A stretch of DNA of 14,866 nt from a virus. Below the pieces are notes generated by a model. That model ran no database searches. It saw nothing but the letters and a program-made list of their open reading frames with translations, and had not been told where the DNA came from. A program made the position numbers and the translations under genes. Numbering within the stretch: the first letter of the stretch is position 1; the number at the start of each line of letters is the position of its first letter. Positions 1 through 7,075 of the stretch are shown here, piece by piece. The stretch covers positions 1 to 14,866 of IMG/VR virus record IMGVR_UViG_3300010388_000350; one strand, given 5' to 3'.

Positions 1-55
1 AAAAGTGGCAACGACAATCATCACGGGTCGCGATCTCACATTGACGATTGCGACC
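1..55. repeat. Terminal direct repeat, left copy (identical to 14812-14866)
   Basis: Base-by-base comparison: aaaagtggcaacgacaatcatcacgggtcgcgatctcacattgacgattgcgacc is present at both ends. Confidence 0.95.
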
Positions 56-406
56 ACAAATTATGATGCTCAGGCAACATCAGCGACCCTAAGCAACTCA
101 CCAACCATCGAGGCATATCAGACACTTGATGGCAAAGTTTTTAAGCACATCGATGACACATGGACATTTGCTGTCGAGATGCTTGCAGACTGGGGAGCTA
201 CTTCATCACTATGCGAAGCACTATGGACAGCGGCAGAATCAGCACCAAACACAGCTTTGGCTGTTTCATTGACAGCTGTTTCAGGCGCGGTTTTTGCATT
301 CAATGTTTTGCCTGAATATCCAACTGTGGGCGGTTCAGCACCTGATGCTCAGACTGTAACGCTAAACTTCACAGTGCTTGCAACACCAACTGAAACATTC
401 AGCTAA
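5..406 (+). CDS. Major tail (tube) protein, 133 aa
   Basis: GTG start at 5. The duplicated copy of this start at 14816 is preceded by AAGGAG (14803-14808, 7-nt spacer). It occupies the canonical slot between the neck genes and the chaperone/frameshift/tape-measure block. The sequence is small, Thr/Ala/Ser-rich and looks beta-type. Assignment is by synteny only. Confidence 0.6.
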   Translation: MATTIITGRDLTLTIATTNYDAQATSATLSNSPTIEAYQTLDGKVFKHIDDTWTFAVEMLADWGATSSLCEALWTAAESAPNTALAVSLTAVSGAVFAFNVLPEYPTVGGSAPDAQTVTLNFTVLATPTETFS

Positions 407-428
407 AAACTAGAGATCGGGAGAAAAA

Positions 429-704
429 ATGAAGCTACCAATCACAATCGAATACAACAATGGTGATTCAGATATTTACATCGCGCAGCCGCCTGAATGG
501 GCAAAGTGGGAAGTGAAAACTGGCAACACCATTTCACAGGCACAAGACAAGATCGGCATCAATGATCTGATGTTTTTGGCTTATCACGCCATGAAGCGTG
601 GTTCAGCTGGAAAGCCTGTGAAGCCGTATGAGGCATGGATGGAAACCATCGCTGATGTAAGAGTCGGAGATGATGACCCAAAAGCCACAAGCGCGGAAGC
701 GTAA
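429..704 (+). CDS. Tail assembly chaperone, short (G-like) product, 91 aa
   Basis: ATG 429 is preceded by GGGAGA (419-424). It lies directly after the tail tube gene and before the tape measure. It has an acidic C-terminus, and a slippery heptamer near its 3' end opens an extension in the -1 frame. Confidence 0.65.
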   Translation: MKLPITIEYNNGDSDIYIAQPPEWAKWEVKTGNTISQAQDKIGINDLMFLAYHAMKRGSAGKPVKPYEAWMETIADVRVGDDDPKATSAEA

Positions 705-817
705 GTCGCTTATTGATCGAGGTGGCAATTGCCACTGGAATTCCAATGAGTGAATGGCAAAGCGCGGAAGATATATTGACAGCTTTGGAGATATTGGAGA
801 GCAGGAATGGCAGCTGA
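429..817 (+). CDS. Tail assembly chaperone, frameshifted (G-T-like) product; join(429..683,683..817), about 129 aa
   Basis: The -1 frame after the slip reads SHKRGSVSRLLIEVAIATGIPMSEWQSAEDILTALEILESRNGS*. It fills the only otherwise non-coding ~100-nt gap (705-806) in the structural module. This matches the conserved position of the gpG/gpGT frameshift. Confidence 0.5.
677..683 (+). promoter_or_regulatory. -1 programmed ribosomal frameshift slippery heptamer C_CCA_AAA
   Basis: The zero-frame codons are GAC CCA AAA GCC. CCCAAAA fits the XXXYYYZ rule. The -1 frame is open from here to TGA 815-817, and the zero frame stops at 702-704. Confidence 0.55.
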
Positions 818-1265
818 GCAGGTCTCGTATGATAAGACCGAGCTTCGAGCTGTCATTCGTGCCTTCAAAGCAATGGATGATGAATCCGTACAAGCTGCCA
901 AAACTCAATCGGGAGCTTTAGCTACTTACCTTCAGCGCAAGATCATTGATGCAGCTGGTCAATCTTTCAATCAGGTTGCACCAATGATCGCGCAAGGTTC
1001 GCGTGTTTCAAAGTCGTCAAAGATCGGTGAGATCAGCTTTGGCTTTGCTTCTCAGCGGTTATCAGGCGGCGGCACAACTCAAATGCTTTGGGGCGGTTAT
1101 GAATTCGGCTCAAACAAATATAAGCAATTCCCAAAGTGGTCAGGTCGCGAAGGTCGCGGTTCAAAAGGTTGGTTTATTTATCCGACACTACGAGCAGAGC
1201 AGCCATATTTGATTCGTGAGTGGGAAAATGGCTTTGACAAAATTCTGAAAGAGTGGGATCGCTGA
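807..1265 (+). CDS. HK97 gp10-like neck / tail-completion protein (tentative), 152 aa
   Basis: ATG 807 is preceded by GGAGAG (796-801). The architecture resembles the HK97-gp10-like family: an N-terminal helical segment (ELRAVIRAFKAMDDESVQAAK...), a central GEISFGF, then GGYEFGS and GWFIYPTLRAEQP near the C-terminus. The position between chaperone and tape measure is atypical. Confidence 0.4.
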   Translation: MAAEQVSYDKTELRAVIRAFKAMDDESVQAAKTQSGALATYLQRKIIDAAGQSFNQVAPMIAQGSRVSKSSKIGEISFGFASQRLSGGGTTQMLWGGYEFGSNKYKQFPKWSGREGRGSKGWFIYPTLRAEQPYLIREWENGFDKILKEWDR

Positions 1266-2755
1266 TGGCACAAAGTAGAACCTTGAAGCTGGCTTTGCTG
1301 GCTGACATTGCCAATTTCAGCACCAACATGAACACGGCTGGAAAACAGTCGGACACGCTTGGCGGACAATTTGAAGCTTTCGGAAAAAAGGCAGCTTTGG
1401 CATTTGCCGCAGCTGGCGCAGCTATTGGCGCATATGCAAAGGTGGCGATTGAGAATGCAGCTGCCGATGAAAAGGCACAGCGCAATCTTGCACTCACTAT
1501 CGAAAACACTACATCAGCCACAGCTCGTCAGATCGCTGGCGTTGAGGATTACATCAGCACAACATCGCTGGCAATCGGCATCACCGATGATGAGCTTCGC
1601 CCAGCTTTTGGTCGATTGGTTCGATCCACAAAAGATGTTGAAGATGCACAAAGATTGCTCAATCTTGCACTTGATGTTTCGGCTGCCACAGGCAAGCCGC
1701 TGGAAGCTGTCGCAAATGCGCTTGGCAAGGCATATGACGGCAATCTGAATGCACTTGGTCGCTTAGGTCTAGGCATCGATGCTTCAATCCTTAAATCAAA
1801 GGATTTTGATCTCGTATTTAATACGCTGACAGATACCTTTGGCGGCTTTGCTGCAAATGAAGCTTTGAGCACTGAAGCGGCTTTTGCTCGAATCAAGATC
1901 GCTGGAGATGAAATTCAAGAGCAAATTGGTTCAGCCTTGCTGCCTGTCGTACAAGAGCTCACCACATTCATTCTCACAAATGTTGTGCCAGTGGTTCAGC
2001 AATTTGTAAATGGTCTAACTGGTCAAGGTGGATTGTCATCATCATTGACGGATTCTGAAAAGAAAGCTTTCGCATGGGGCGAAAGAGTCAAAGCTGTCAT
2101 CAAAACTGTTATCCAATTCAAGGATGAACTGATCGCGGTTGCTGGCGTGATCGCAACTGTGTTTGTGGTGTCAAAGATTTCGGCAGCTGTCACAACCACA
2201 ATTGCTTTGATCAAAACTTTAATTGCTGCATATAACGCTTTGAAAGCTTCAGCAATTGTTGCTGGCGTTGCCACAGCTTTTGCATTGAATCCATTGCTAG
2301 GTGTGGGAGCTGTGGCATTGGCAGCGGCTGTCTTGTCAGGTGCAAATGCTTTGGCTAATCGATCCAACGGAATTGACGAAGCACCATCAACAGGTGCAAT
2401 TCCATTTGCATCAGGTTTTGCAGCTCCAGCCAGCTCAGGCGGCGGCACAGGCGGCGGTGGCGGCGGTACGACCACAGGCGGTTCATTCACAGGTGCTGGC
2501 GGTGGCGTGACCACAGCTTCAAAAGCGGCGGCAGCTGCCGCTGAAACAATTATCGGATTGAACACATCATCAGCTCAGGCTTCAGGTTTATCTGATGCAG
2601 CCAATGCAGCTCGATTGGGTCAAGGCACAACAATCAATCTGACTGTGGTTGGTGCTTACGATAAAGAGGGAACAGCGAGAACAATTGTTGAGACTTTGAA
2701 CAATTCAAGCTATCGCGGCGGCGGTGGTGGAGCTGGTTCATTGGTGGCATTGTGA
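1265..2755 (+). CDS. Tape measure protein, 496 aa
   Basis: ATG 1265 overlaps the upstream stop (TGATG); in-frame ATG 1253 is an alternative start. The N-terminal half is Ala-rich and helical. There are long hydrophobic runs (LIAVAGVIATVFVV..., GVGAVALAAAVLSGANALA) and Gly tracts (GGGTGGGGGGTTTGG, RGGGGGAG). It lies directly downstream of the chaperone genes. Confidence 0.85.
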   Translation: MAQSRTLKLALLADIANFSTNMNTAGKQSDTLGGQFEAFGKKAALAFAAAGAAIGAYAKVAIENAAADEKAQRNLALTIENTTSATARQIAGVEDYISTTSLAIGITDDELRPAFGRLVRSTKDVEDAQRLLNLALDVSAATGKPLEAVANALGKAYDGNLNALGRLGLGIDASILKSKDFDLVFNTLTDTFGGFAANEALSTEAAFARIKIAGDEIQEQIGSALLPVVQELTTFILTNVVPVVQQFVNGLTGQGGLSSSLTDSEKKAFAWGERVKAVIKTVIQFKDELIAVAGVIATVFVVSKISAAVTTTIALIKTLIAAYNALKASAIVAGVATAFALNPLLGVGAVALAAAVLSGANALANRSNGIDEAPSTGAIPFASGFAAPASSGGGTGGGGGGTTTGGSFTGAGGGVTTASKAAAAAAETIIGLNTSSAQASGLSDAANAARLGQGTTINLTVVGAYDKEGTARTIVETLNNSSYRGGGGGAGSLVAL

Positions 2756-3999
2756 CCCAGTGGCAACCCATATGGCGTGTAAAGATTGATGGCACTGATT
2801 ACACATCAGCCATTCTTTCAAATCTGACAATCACAAGCGGTCGGACAAATATCTATGAACAGGCAGCCGCAGGGTATGTCAATCTTCAGCTGATCGATGT
2901 CAATCAGGTTGCAATCCCAGTGGAGATCAACAGCTCGATTTCAATCGAAATCAAAAACACATCAAACACATTTGTGCCGATTTTTGGTGGCAATGTGGTG
3001 GACATTGGGCTTGAAGTCAGAGATGTCGGATCAGTTATGTTTTCCCAGACATACAACATCATCGCTTTGGGAGCTTTGGCGCGATTGCCAAAAGCTTTGA
3101 CCAATGGTGTGCTTTCAAAATCTTTTGATGGTGATCAAATATATACAATTCTTTCAGCTGTGCTTTTTGATACATGGGCGGAAGTGCCAGCAGCTACAAC
3201 ATGGGCGACTTATGATCCAACAATTACATGGGCAAATGCAGAAAATTCAGGATTGGGAACAATCGATCGCCCCGGAAATTATGAGCTTGCAAAACGCGAT
3301 TCATCGCGAACAGATGTTTATTCACTGGTTTCAGCTTTAGCAACATCAGGTCTTGGTTATATTTACGAAGATGCACAGGGTCGGATTGGCTATGCAGACA
3401 GCACACATCGAACAAATTATCTTGGAACAAATGGATATGTTGATCTAGATGTCAATCAAGCTCGTGCCGCTGGACTTCGAATCGAAACTAGAGCTGGAGA
3501 TGTCCGAAACAATTTGACCATTCAATATGGTGAAACATCGTCAGCTGATGTCAGTGCCAGTGATGCCACATCGATTGGTTTATATGGGCAACTTTCACAA
3601 ATCATCACAACTACATTGCACAATTCAACAGATGCCACAGCACAGGCAAATTTCTATCTTTCACTCAGAGCCGATCCATATCCAATTTTCAGCTCAATCA
3701 CTTATGACTTGACCAACCCTGAGCTTGACAATTCTGATCGCGACAATCTTTTGAATGTTTTCATGGGTATGCCAATCGCGTTGAGCAATCTGCCGCTGAA
3801 CATGAATAGCGGAACATTTCAGGGCTTTGTCGAAGGCTGGACATTTCAGGCAAACTACAACCGACTCAGCATGTCGATGAATCTTTCCCCACTAGCTTTC
3901 AGCCTTCAGGCGATGCGCTGGAACGATGTACCAATCACCGAAACTTGGTCAAGCGTGTCGCCAACGCTTGACTGGCAATCTGCAACAATTGTTGCCTGA
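2752..3999 (+). CDS. Distal tail (Dit-like) / minor tail protein, 415 aa
   Basis: GTG 2752 overlaps the tape measure stop (GTGA). It is the first gene after the tape measure. The N-terminus WRVKIDGTDYTSAILSNLTITSGRTN...LQLID resembles the start of Dit-type siphovirus tail proteins. Confidence 0.55.
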   Translation: MTQWQPIWRVKIDGTDYTSAILSNLTITSGRTNIYEQAAAGYVNLQLIDVNQVAIPVEINSSISIEIKNTSNTFVPIFGGNVVDIGLEVRDVGSVMFSQTYNIIALGALARLPKALTNGVLSKSFDGDQIYTILSAVLFDTWAEVPAATTWATYDPTITWANAENSGLGTIDRPGNYELAKRDSSRTDVYSLVSALATSGLGYIYEDAQGRIGYADSTHRTNYLGTNGYVDLDVNQARAAGLRIETRAGDVRNNLTIQYGETSSADVSASDATSIGLYGQLSQIITTTLHNSTDATAQANFYLSLRADPYPIFSSITYDLTNPELDNSDRDNLLNVFMGMPIALSNLPLNMNSGTFQGFVEGWTFQANYNRLSMSMNLSPLAFSLQAMRWNDVPITETWSSVSPTLDWQSATIVA

Positions 4000-4011
4000 T
4001 AAGGAGAAAAT

Positions 4012-4536
4012 ATGAGCAATCCAACTTCCGCGTTCGGCTGGCAAATGCCCACATCGACTGATTTGGTCACAGACCTTCCAGCCGATTTTGAAGTATTTGG
4101 TCAAGCTGTCGATACATCATTGGCTGATCTAAAAGGTGGCACAACAGGTCAGGTGCTTTCAAAAGCATCAAACACAGACATGGATTTCACATGGATTGCA
4201 CAAGACGACATGTCGCTTGCAATCAATGCTCAGACAGGTAGTTCATACACAGCTGTCCTCGGCGATGGAACAAATACCCTTGTTTCGATGGACAATGCTT
4301 CATCAAATACTTTTTATATTCCAACGGATGCCAGTGTGAATTTTGATATTGGAACAGTTTTGAATATTTACATGAAAGGTGCAGGGGTCACAACTATCAC
4401 GGCAACGACCCCGGGAACAACAACTGTTGTTTCATCAGGTGCAACAATTGGCTCACCTGTTTTGGCTCGTTATAAGATTGCAAGCGCAATCAAACTTGCT
4501 GCGAATTCATGGACAGTGATCGGTGGCATTGCGTAA
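4012..4536 (+). CDS. Tail fibre / receptor-binding-type minor tail protein, 174 aa
   Basis: AAGGAG (4001-4006) lies 5 nt before ATG 4012. The N-terminal motifs FGWQMPTSTDLVTDLPADFEVFGQAVD and GGTTGQVLSKASNTDMDFTW are of the kind seen at the N-termini of many phage fibre proteins. Confidence 0.5.
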   Translation: MSNPTSAFGWQMPTSTDLVTDLPADFEVFGQAVDTSLADLKGGTTGQVLSKASNTDMDFTWIAQDDMSLAINAQTGSSYTAVLGDGTNTLVSMDNASSNTFYIPTDASVNFDIGTVLNIYMKGAGVTTITATTPGTTTVVSSGATIGSPVLARYKIASAIKLAANSWTVIGGIA

Positions 4537-5372
4537 TGCGAAATCCCATTCTTGGAATTACAGCTCAGGGAATCAAAGTTGCACCAACGGCTGTTGATTA
4601 TTTGGTTGTAGCAGGTGGAGCATCAGGCGGATTCTTTGCAGGTGGTGGCGGCGGAGCTGGCGGATTGCGTACAGCAACAAATTTTGCTGTTTCTAGCGGA
4701 TCATCAATCACAGTGACTGTTGGTGCTGGCGGTTCGCCTAGCGGTGGACAAGGCAACAATGGAAATGATTCTGTATTTTCAACCATCACATCAACTGGTG
4801 GCGGTGGTGGTTCAGGTAACGGCGGCACAGGAAACAGCGGCGGTTCAGGCGGTGGCGGTGGCGGCTTAGGAGCTGGCTCAGGCGGAGCAGGAACATCAGG
4901 TCAAGGTAATGCTGGCGGTGCAACTGTTGCAGGTTCAGGTGGCGGTGGCGGTGGCGGAGCATCAGCAACTGGATCAGCTGGAACAACACCAAGCGGCGTT
5001 GCAACTGGCGGCAATGGTGGAGATGGAACATCGAGCAGCTACTCAGGCGCATCAGTTACATATGCAGGTGGCGGTGGCGGAGCTGCACAAGATCCCCCAG
5101 CACCATCAGGCACAGGTGGAGCAGGTGGCGGTGGCACAGGTGGACAAGGAAACAACATTGTTGCACCAACAGCTGGCACAGCTAACACTGGCGGTGGCGG
5201 TGGCGGTTCATGGTTCGGTGTGAACGCAGGTGCTGGCGGTTCAGGTGTCGTGATCATTCGTTATCCTGACAGCTATGCATTGGCTACATCGACAACAGGA
5301 TCACCAACAGTGACAACCACAGGCGGATACAATATTTACAAATTCACAGGAAGTGGATCGGTGACTTTCTAA
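4536..5372 (+). CDS. Glycine-rich minor tail / fibre protein, 278 aa
   Basis: ATG 4536 overlaps the upstream stop (TAATG); the track start 4509 is less likely. DYLVVAGGASGG...GGGGGAGG, repeated G-rich blocks and the C-terminal GAGGSGVVIIRYP are typical of the phage glycine-rich fibre domain. Confidence 0.65.
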   Translation: MRNPILGITAQGIKVAPTAVDYLVVAGGASGGFFAGGGGGAGGLRTATNFAVSSGSSITVTVGAGGSPSGGQGNNGNDSVFSTITSTGGGGGSGNGGTGNSGGSGGGGGGLGAGSGGAGTSGQGNAGGATVAGSGGGGGGGASATGSAGTTPSGVATGGNGGDGTSSSYSGASVTYAGGGGGAAQDPPAPSGTGGAGGGGTGGQGNNIVAPTAGTANTGGGGGGSWFGVNAGAGGSGVVIIRYPDSYALATSTTGSPTVTTTGGYNIYKFTGSGSVTF

Positions 5373-5659
5373 TGGCACATGCAGCTGAATTAAATGAGAA
5401 TAACGAAGTCATTCGCGTTGTTGTAATTTCTAACGATTGCGAGCCAAATGTTGAAGAATTTGCTACTGAACTATTTGGTGGCACATGGAAGCAGACTTCA
5501 TATAATTCAACAATTCGCAAAAACTTTGCTGGGATTGGTTTCACATATGATCAAGCAATTGATGCATTCATCCCGCCAAAATGCCATGATGAAGCAATTT
5601 TGAATCAAACAACAGCGCAATGGGATTGCGAGAATGAGGCACACAATGTCATTTCCTAA
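5372..5659 (+). CDS. Small hypothetical protein downstream of the fibre genes, 95 aa
   Basis: ATG 5372 overlaps the upstream stop (TAATG). Motifs ELNENNEVIRVVVISND and AGIGFTYDQAIDAFIPP resemble, from memory, small proteins often found next to fibre genes. Function is unknown. Confidence 0.55.
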   Translation: MAHAAELNENNEVIRVVVISNDCEPNVEEFATELFGGTWKQTSYNSTIRKNFAGIGFTYDQAIDAFIPPKCHDEAILNQTTAQWDCENEAHNVIS

Positions 5660-6218
5660 AGGTACAGCTGCACATTTCATCGATGTTGCTTTGGCTGAAG
5701 TGGGAACTGTTGAAGAAGGCGACAACCTGACCAAATACGGCAAATTCACAAAAGCTGATGGATTGCCGTGGTGTGGATCATTTGTCAATTGGTGTGCAAA
5801 TGAGGCTGGGGTCAAGCTGCATTCAGTAGTTTCAACAGCTTTGGGAGCTCATAAATTCAAAGAGGTTTCACGCTGGCATGAGACACCACAGCTCGGCGAT
5901 TGCGCTTTCATGGATTTTCCACATGACGGCATTGACAAAATTTCTCACATTGGAATTGTTGTGGGGATCAAAGCAAAGTCAGTGATCACCATCGAAGGAA
6001 ATACAAGCGGCACAGGCGATCAACGCAATGGCGGCATGGTCATGATCAAGGAAAGAGAATTCGGTGCTGGAAAGCCTGTTGTGGGCTTTGGGCGACCAAA
6101 ATTCGTGCCTTACAAGGGCGAATATCCTGTCATCGAAGTCAAAGAATCAGCACCAAAACCTTCAAAGGAGAAGAAAAATGGAAAGCTTAAAACCATTGCT
6201 GGCAAGCTGGGGTCGTAG
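5646..6218 (+). CDS. CHAP-domain endolysin (peptidoglycan amidase/endopeptidase), 190 aa
   Basis: GAGG (5636-5639) lies 6 nt before ATG 5646; ATG 5634 is an alternative start. CHAP signatures are present: GDNLTKYG, catalytic Cys context LPWCGSFVNWC, His context ISHIGIVV, then TIEGNTS. The C-terminal tail is Lys-rich. No separate wall-binding domain is evident. Confidence 0.8.
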   Translation: MSFPKGTAAHFIDVALAEVGTVEEGDNLTKYGKFTKADGLPWCGSFVNWCANEAGVKLHSVVSTALGAHKFKEVSRWHETPQLGDCAFMDFPHDGIDKISHIGIVVGIKAKSVITIEGNTSGTGDQRNGGMVMIKEREFGAGKPVVGFGRPKFVPYKGEYPVIEVKESAPKPSKEKKNGKLKTIAGKLGS

Positions 6219-6366
6219 TTTTATGGCAGCTTCACTTGCGCTTTACATGGCAGGGGAAACTGATCCAAAGACTTTATTGATGGCAGGTGGAGCAGCTGTT
6301 GCTCCAGTCATTTTGCGTTGGTTAAATCCAAAAGACACAGCTTTCGGGGTCACACGGGGAAGATGA
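6178..6366 (+). CDS. Holin-like protein with two hydrophobic segments, 62 aa
   Basis: AAGGAG (6165-6170) lies 7 nt before ATG 6178, inside the end of the endolysin gene. The hydrophobic segments are SFMAASLALYMAG and LLMAGGAAVAPVILRWL, followed by a charged C-terminus. The longer track version (6064) lacks an RBS and lies wholly inside the endolysin gene. Confidence 0.55.
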   Translation: MESLKPLLASWGRSFMAASLALYMAGETDPKTLLMAGGAAVAPVILRWLNPKDTAFGVTRGR

Positions 6367-6578
6367 TCTCGAAATGGTTACGGCTGGCAGCGTTGATTGT
6401 GGGGTCACTTTCAATGCTGTCAGCTTGTACCTATCAAGGCTGGACAAGATATGAATGTCAAGAATACGAAAACTGGAAAAAGCCTGAGTGTAATCCGCCG
6501 CAATGTAAGGCTCAGGGAATCTGCACTGAGGACATATACGGAAGCGATCCAAATGAAGAAGCCATCGTCACGCCATAG
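6363..6578 (+). CDS. Small Cys-rich lipoprotein, 71 aa
   Basis: ATG 6363 overlaps the holin stop (ATGA). The signal peptide MISKWLRLAALIVGSLSMLSAC ends in the lipobox L-S-A-C. The mature ~49 aa carry four more Cys (C-x10-C-x4-C-x5-C). Confidence 0.5.
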   Translation: MISKWLRLAALIVGSLSMLSACTYQGWTRYECQEYENWKKPECNPPQCKAQGICTEDIYGSDPNEEAIVTP

Positions 6579-6858
6579 ATACACAAATGAACAGCTCAAA
6601 GCTCGCCTGATTGTTTTCATCGGTGTGGCATTGAGCTTCACTTTTGTGTTTTCTGTCGGTGGGATGCTGTATGCGTTGATCTTTGTCACTCAGCCGCTAG
6701 GCAATCAAGCTCCCAATGACAGGGCTTTCATCGAGCTTCTTTCAACACTGACAATCTTTCTCACTGGAGCTTTGGGCAGCGTACTGGCTTCCAATGGCTT
6801 AAAGGACAAACCCAAATCTGTGGATGACACGCCGAAGCAAGATTTGCCTGAATCCTGA
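6553..6858 (+). CDS. Two-TM membrane protein, 101 aa
   Basis: ATG 6553 gives a basic N-terminus (MKKPSSRHRYTNEQLKAR). Two hydrophobic helices follow (LIVFIGVALSFTFVFSVGGMLYALIFV; FIELLSTLTIFLTGALGSVLA), then a charged tail. The upstream part of the track ORF (from 6397) fully overlaps the lipoprotein ORF and was not used. Confidence 0.5.
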   Translation: MKKPSSRHRYTNEQLKARLIVFIGVALSFTFVFSVGGMLYALIFVTQPLGNQAPNDRAFIELLSTLTIFLTGALGSVLASNGLKDKPKSVDDTPKQDLPES

Positions 6859-6916
6859 TTTTGCTTCACCCTGATGCTAGTGGGTCACACTGACTCACGG
6901 AATCGGGAGAAATGAA

Positions 6917-7075
6917 ATGATGCTTGACTTGTTAGACCCAGCCACATTGGGTCGATTGATTGGCGTGATCAGCTTGATGATCATGGGAACAGCTATCGGA
7001 TACGCAAAAGGCTTCAAAGAAGGTCGCCGTGAAGGCATTGCACTTTCGAAGGCAATCCGAAAGGCGGCAAAGTAA
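6917..7075 (+). CDS. Single-TM small protein, 52 aa (below the ORF-track cutoff)
   Basis: GGGAGA (6904-6909) lies 7 nt before ATG 6917. The sequence is MMLDLLDPATLGRLIGVISLMIMGTAIGYAKGFKEGRREGIALSKAIRKAAK: an acidic N-terminus, one TM segment and a strongly basic C-terminus. Its TAA (7073-7075) abuts the next ATG (7076). It is co-directional with every other gene. Confidence 0.45.
   Translation: MMLDLLDPATLGRLIGVISLMIMGTAIGYAKGFKEGRREGIALSKAIRKAAK

Noticed and set aside
1-55. The 55-nt repeat as a genuine phage direct terminal repeat or an att/LTR-like element
   Set aside because: It falls inside a coding sequence (the 5' end of the major tail gene). Its length matches a standard assembler k-mer, and joining the ends restores a normal gene with its RBS. 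An assembly-closure artefact is the simpler explanation.
722-735. Perfect 14-nt palindrome GTGGCAATTGCCAC downstream of the frameshift site
   Set aside because: About one such palindrome is expected by chance in 14.8 kb. It lies ~39 nt from the slippery heptamer, too far for a typical frameshift stimulator, and it could form only a 5-bp stem with a 4-nt loop.
1174-2565. Minus-strand ORFs 1174-1521, 1549-1896 and 2023-2565 (up to 180 aa), and the + strand alternative-frame ORFs 1359-1748 and 2301-2510, inside the tape measure gene
   Set aside because: They lie wholly within a long, well-supported + strand gene. They are Ala/Pro/Ser-rich translations typical of antisense or off-frame reading of GCN/GGN-rich sequence. 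They have no RBS, and every credible gene is on the + strand.
4598-5257. Pro-rich minus-strand ORFs (4598-4828, 5039-5257) and off-frame ORFs (4786-5052, 4909-5223)
   Set aside because: They are shadows of the GGN-repeat core of the glycine-rich fibre gene. Poly-Pro and Gln/His/Leu-rich low-complexity translations are expected artefacts.
6064-6858. Long versions of the track ORFs (6064-6366, 6318-6578, 6397-6858), and similarly 4509, 5634, 7588, 7848, 8528, 8644 and 9006 as starts
   Set aside because: The upstream extensions lie entirely inside the preceding gene in another frame and lack an RBS. Internal starts coincide with stop/start overlaps or with Shine-Dalgarno sequences, and they give sensible N-termini (signal peptide, MPTYEF, HNH domain).
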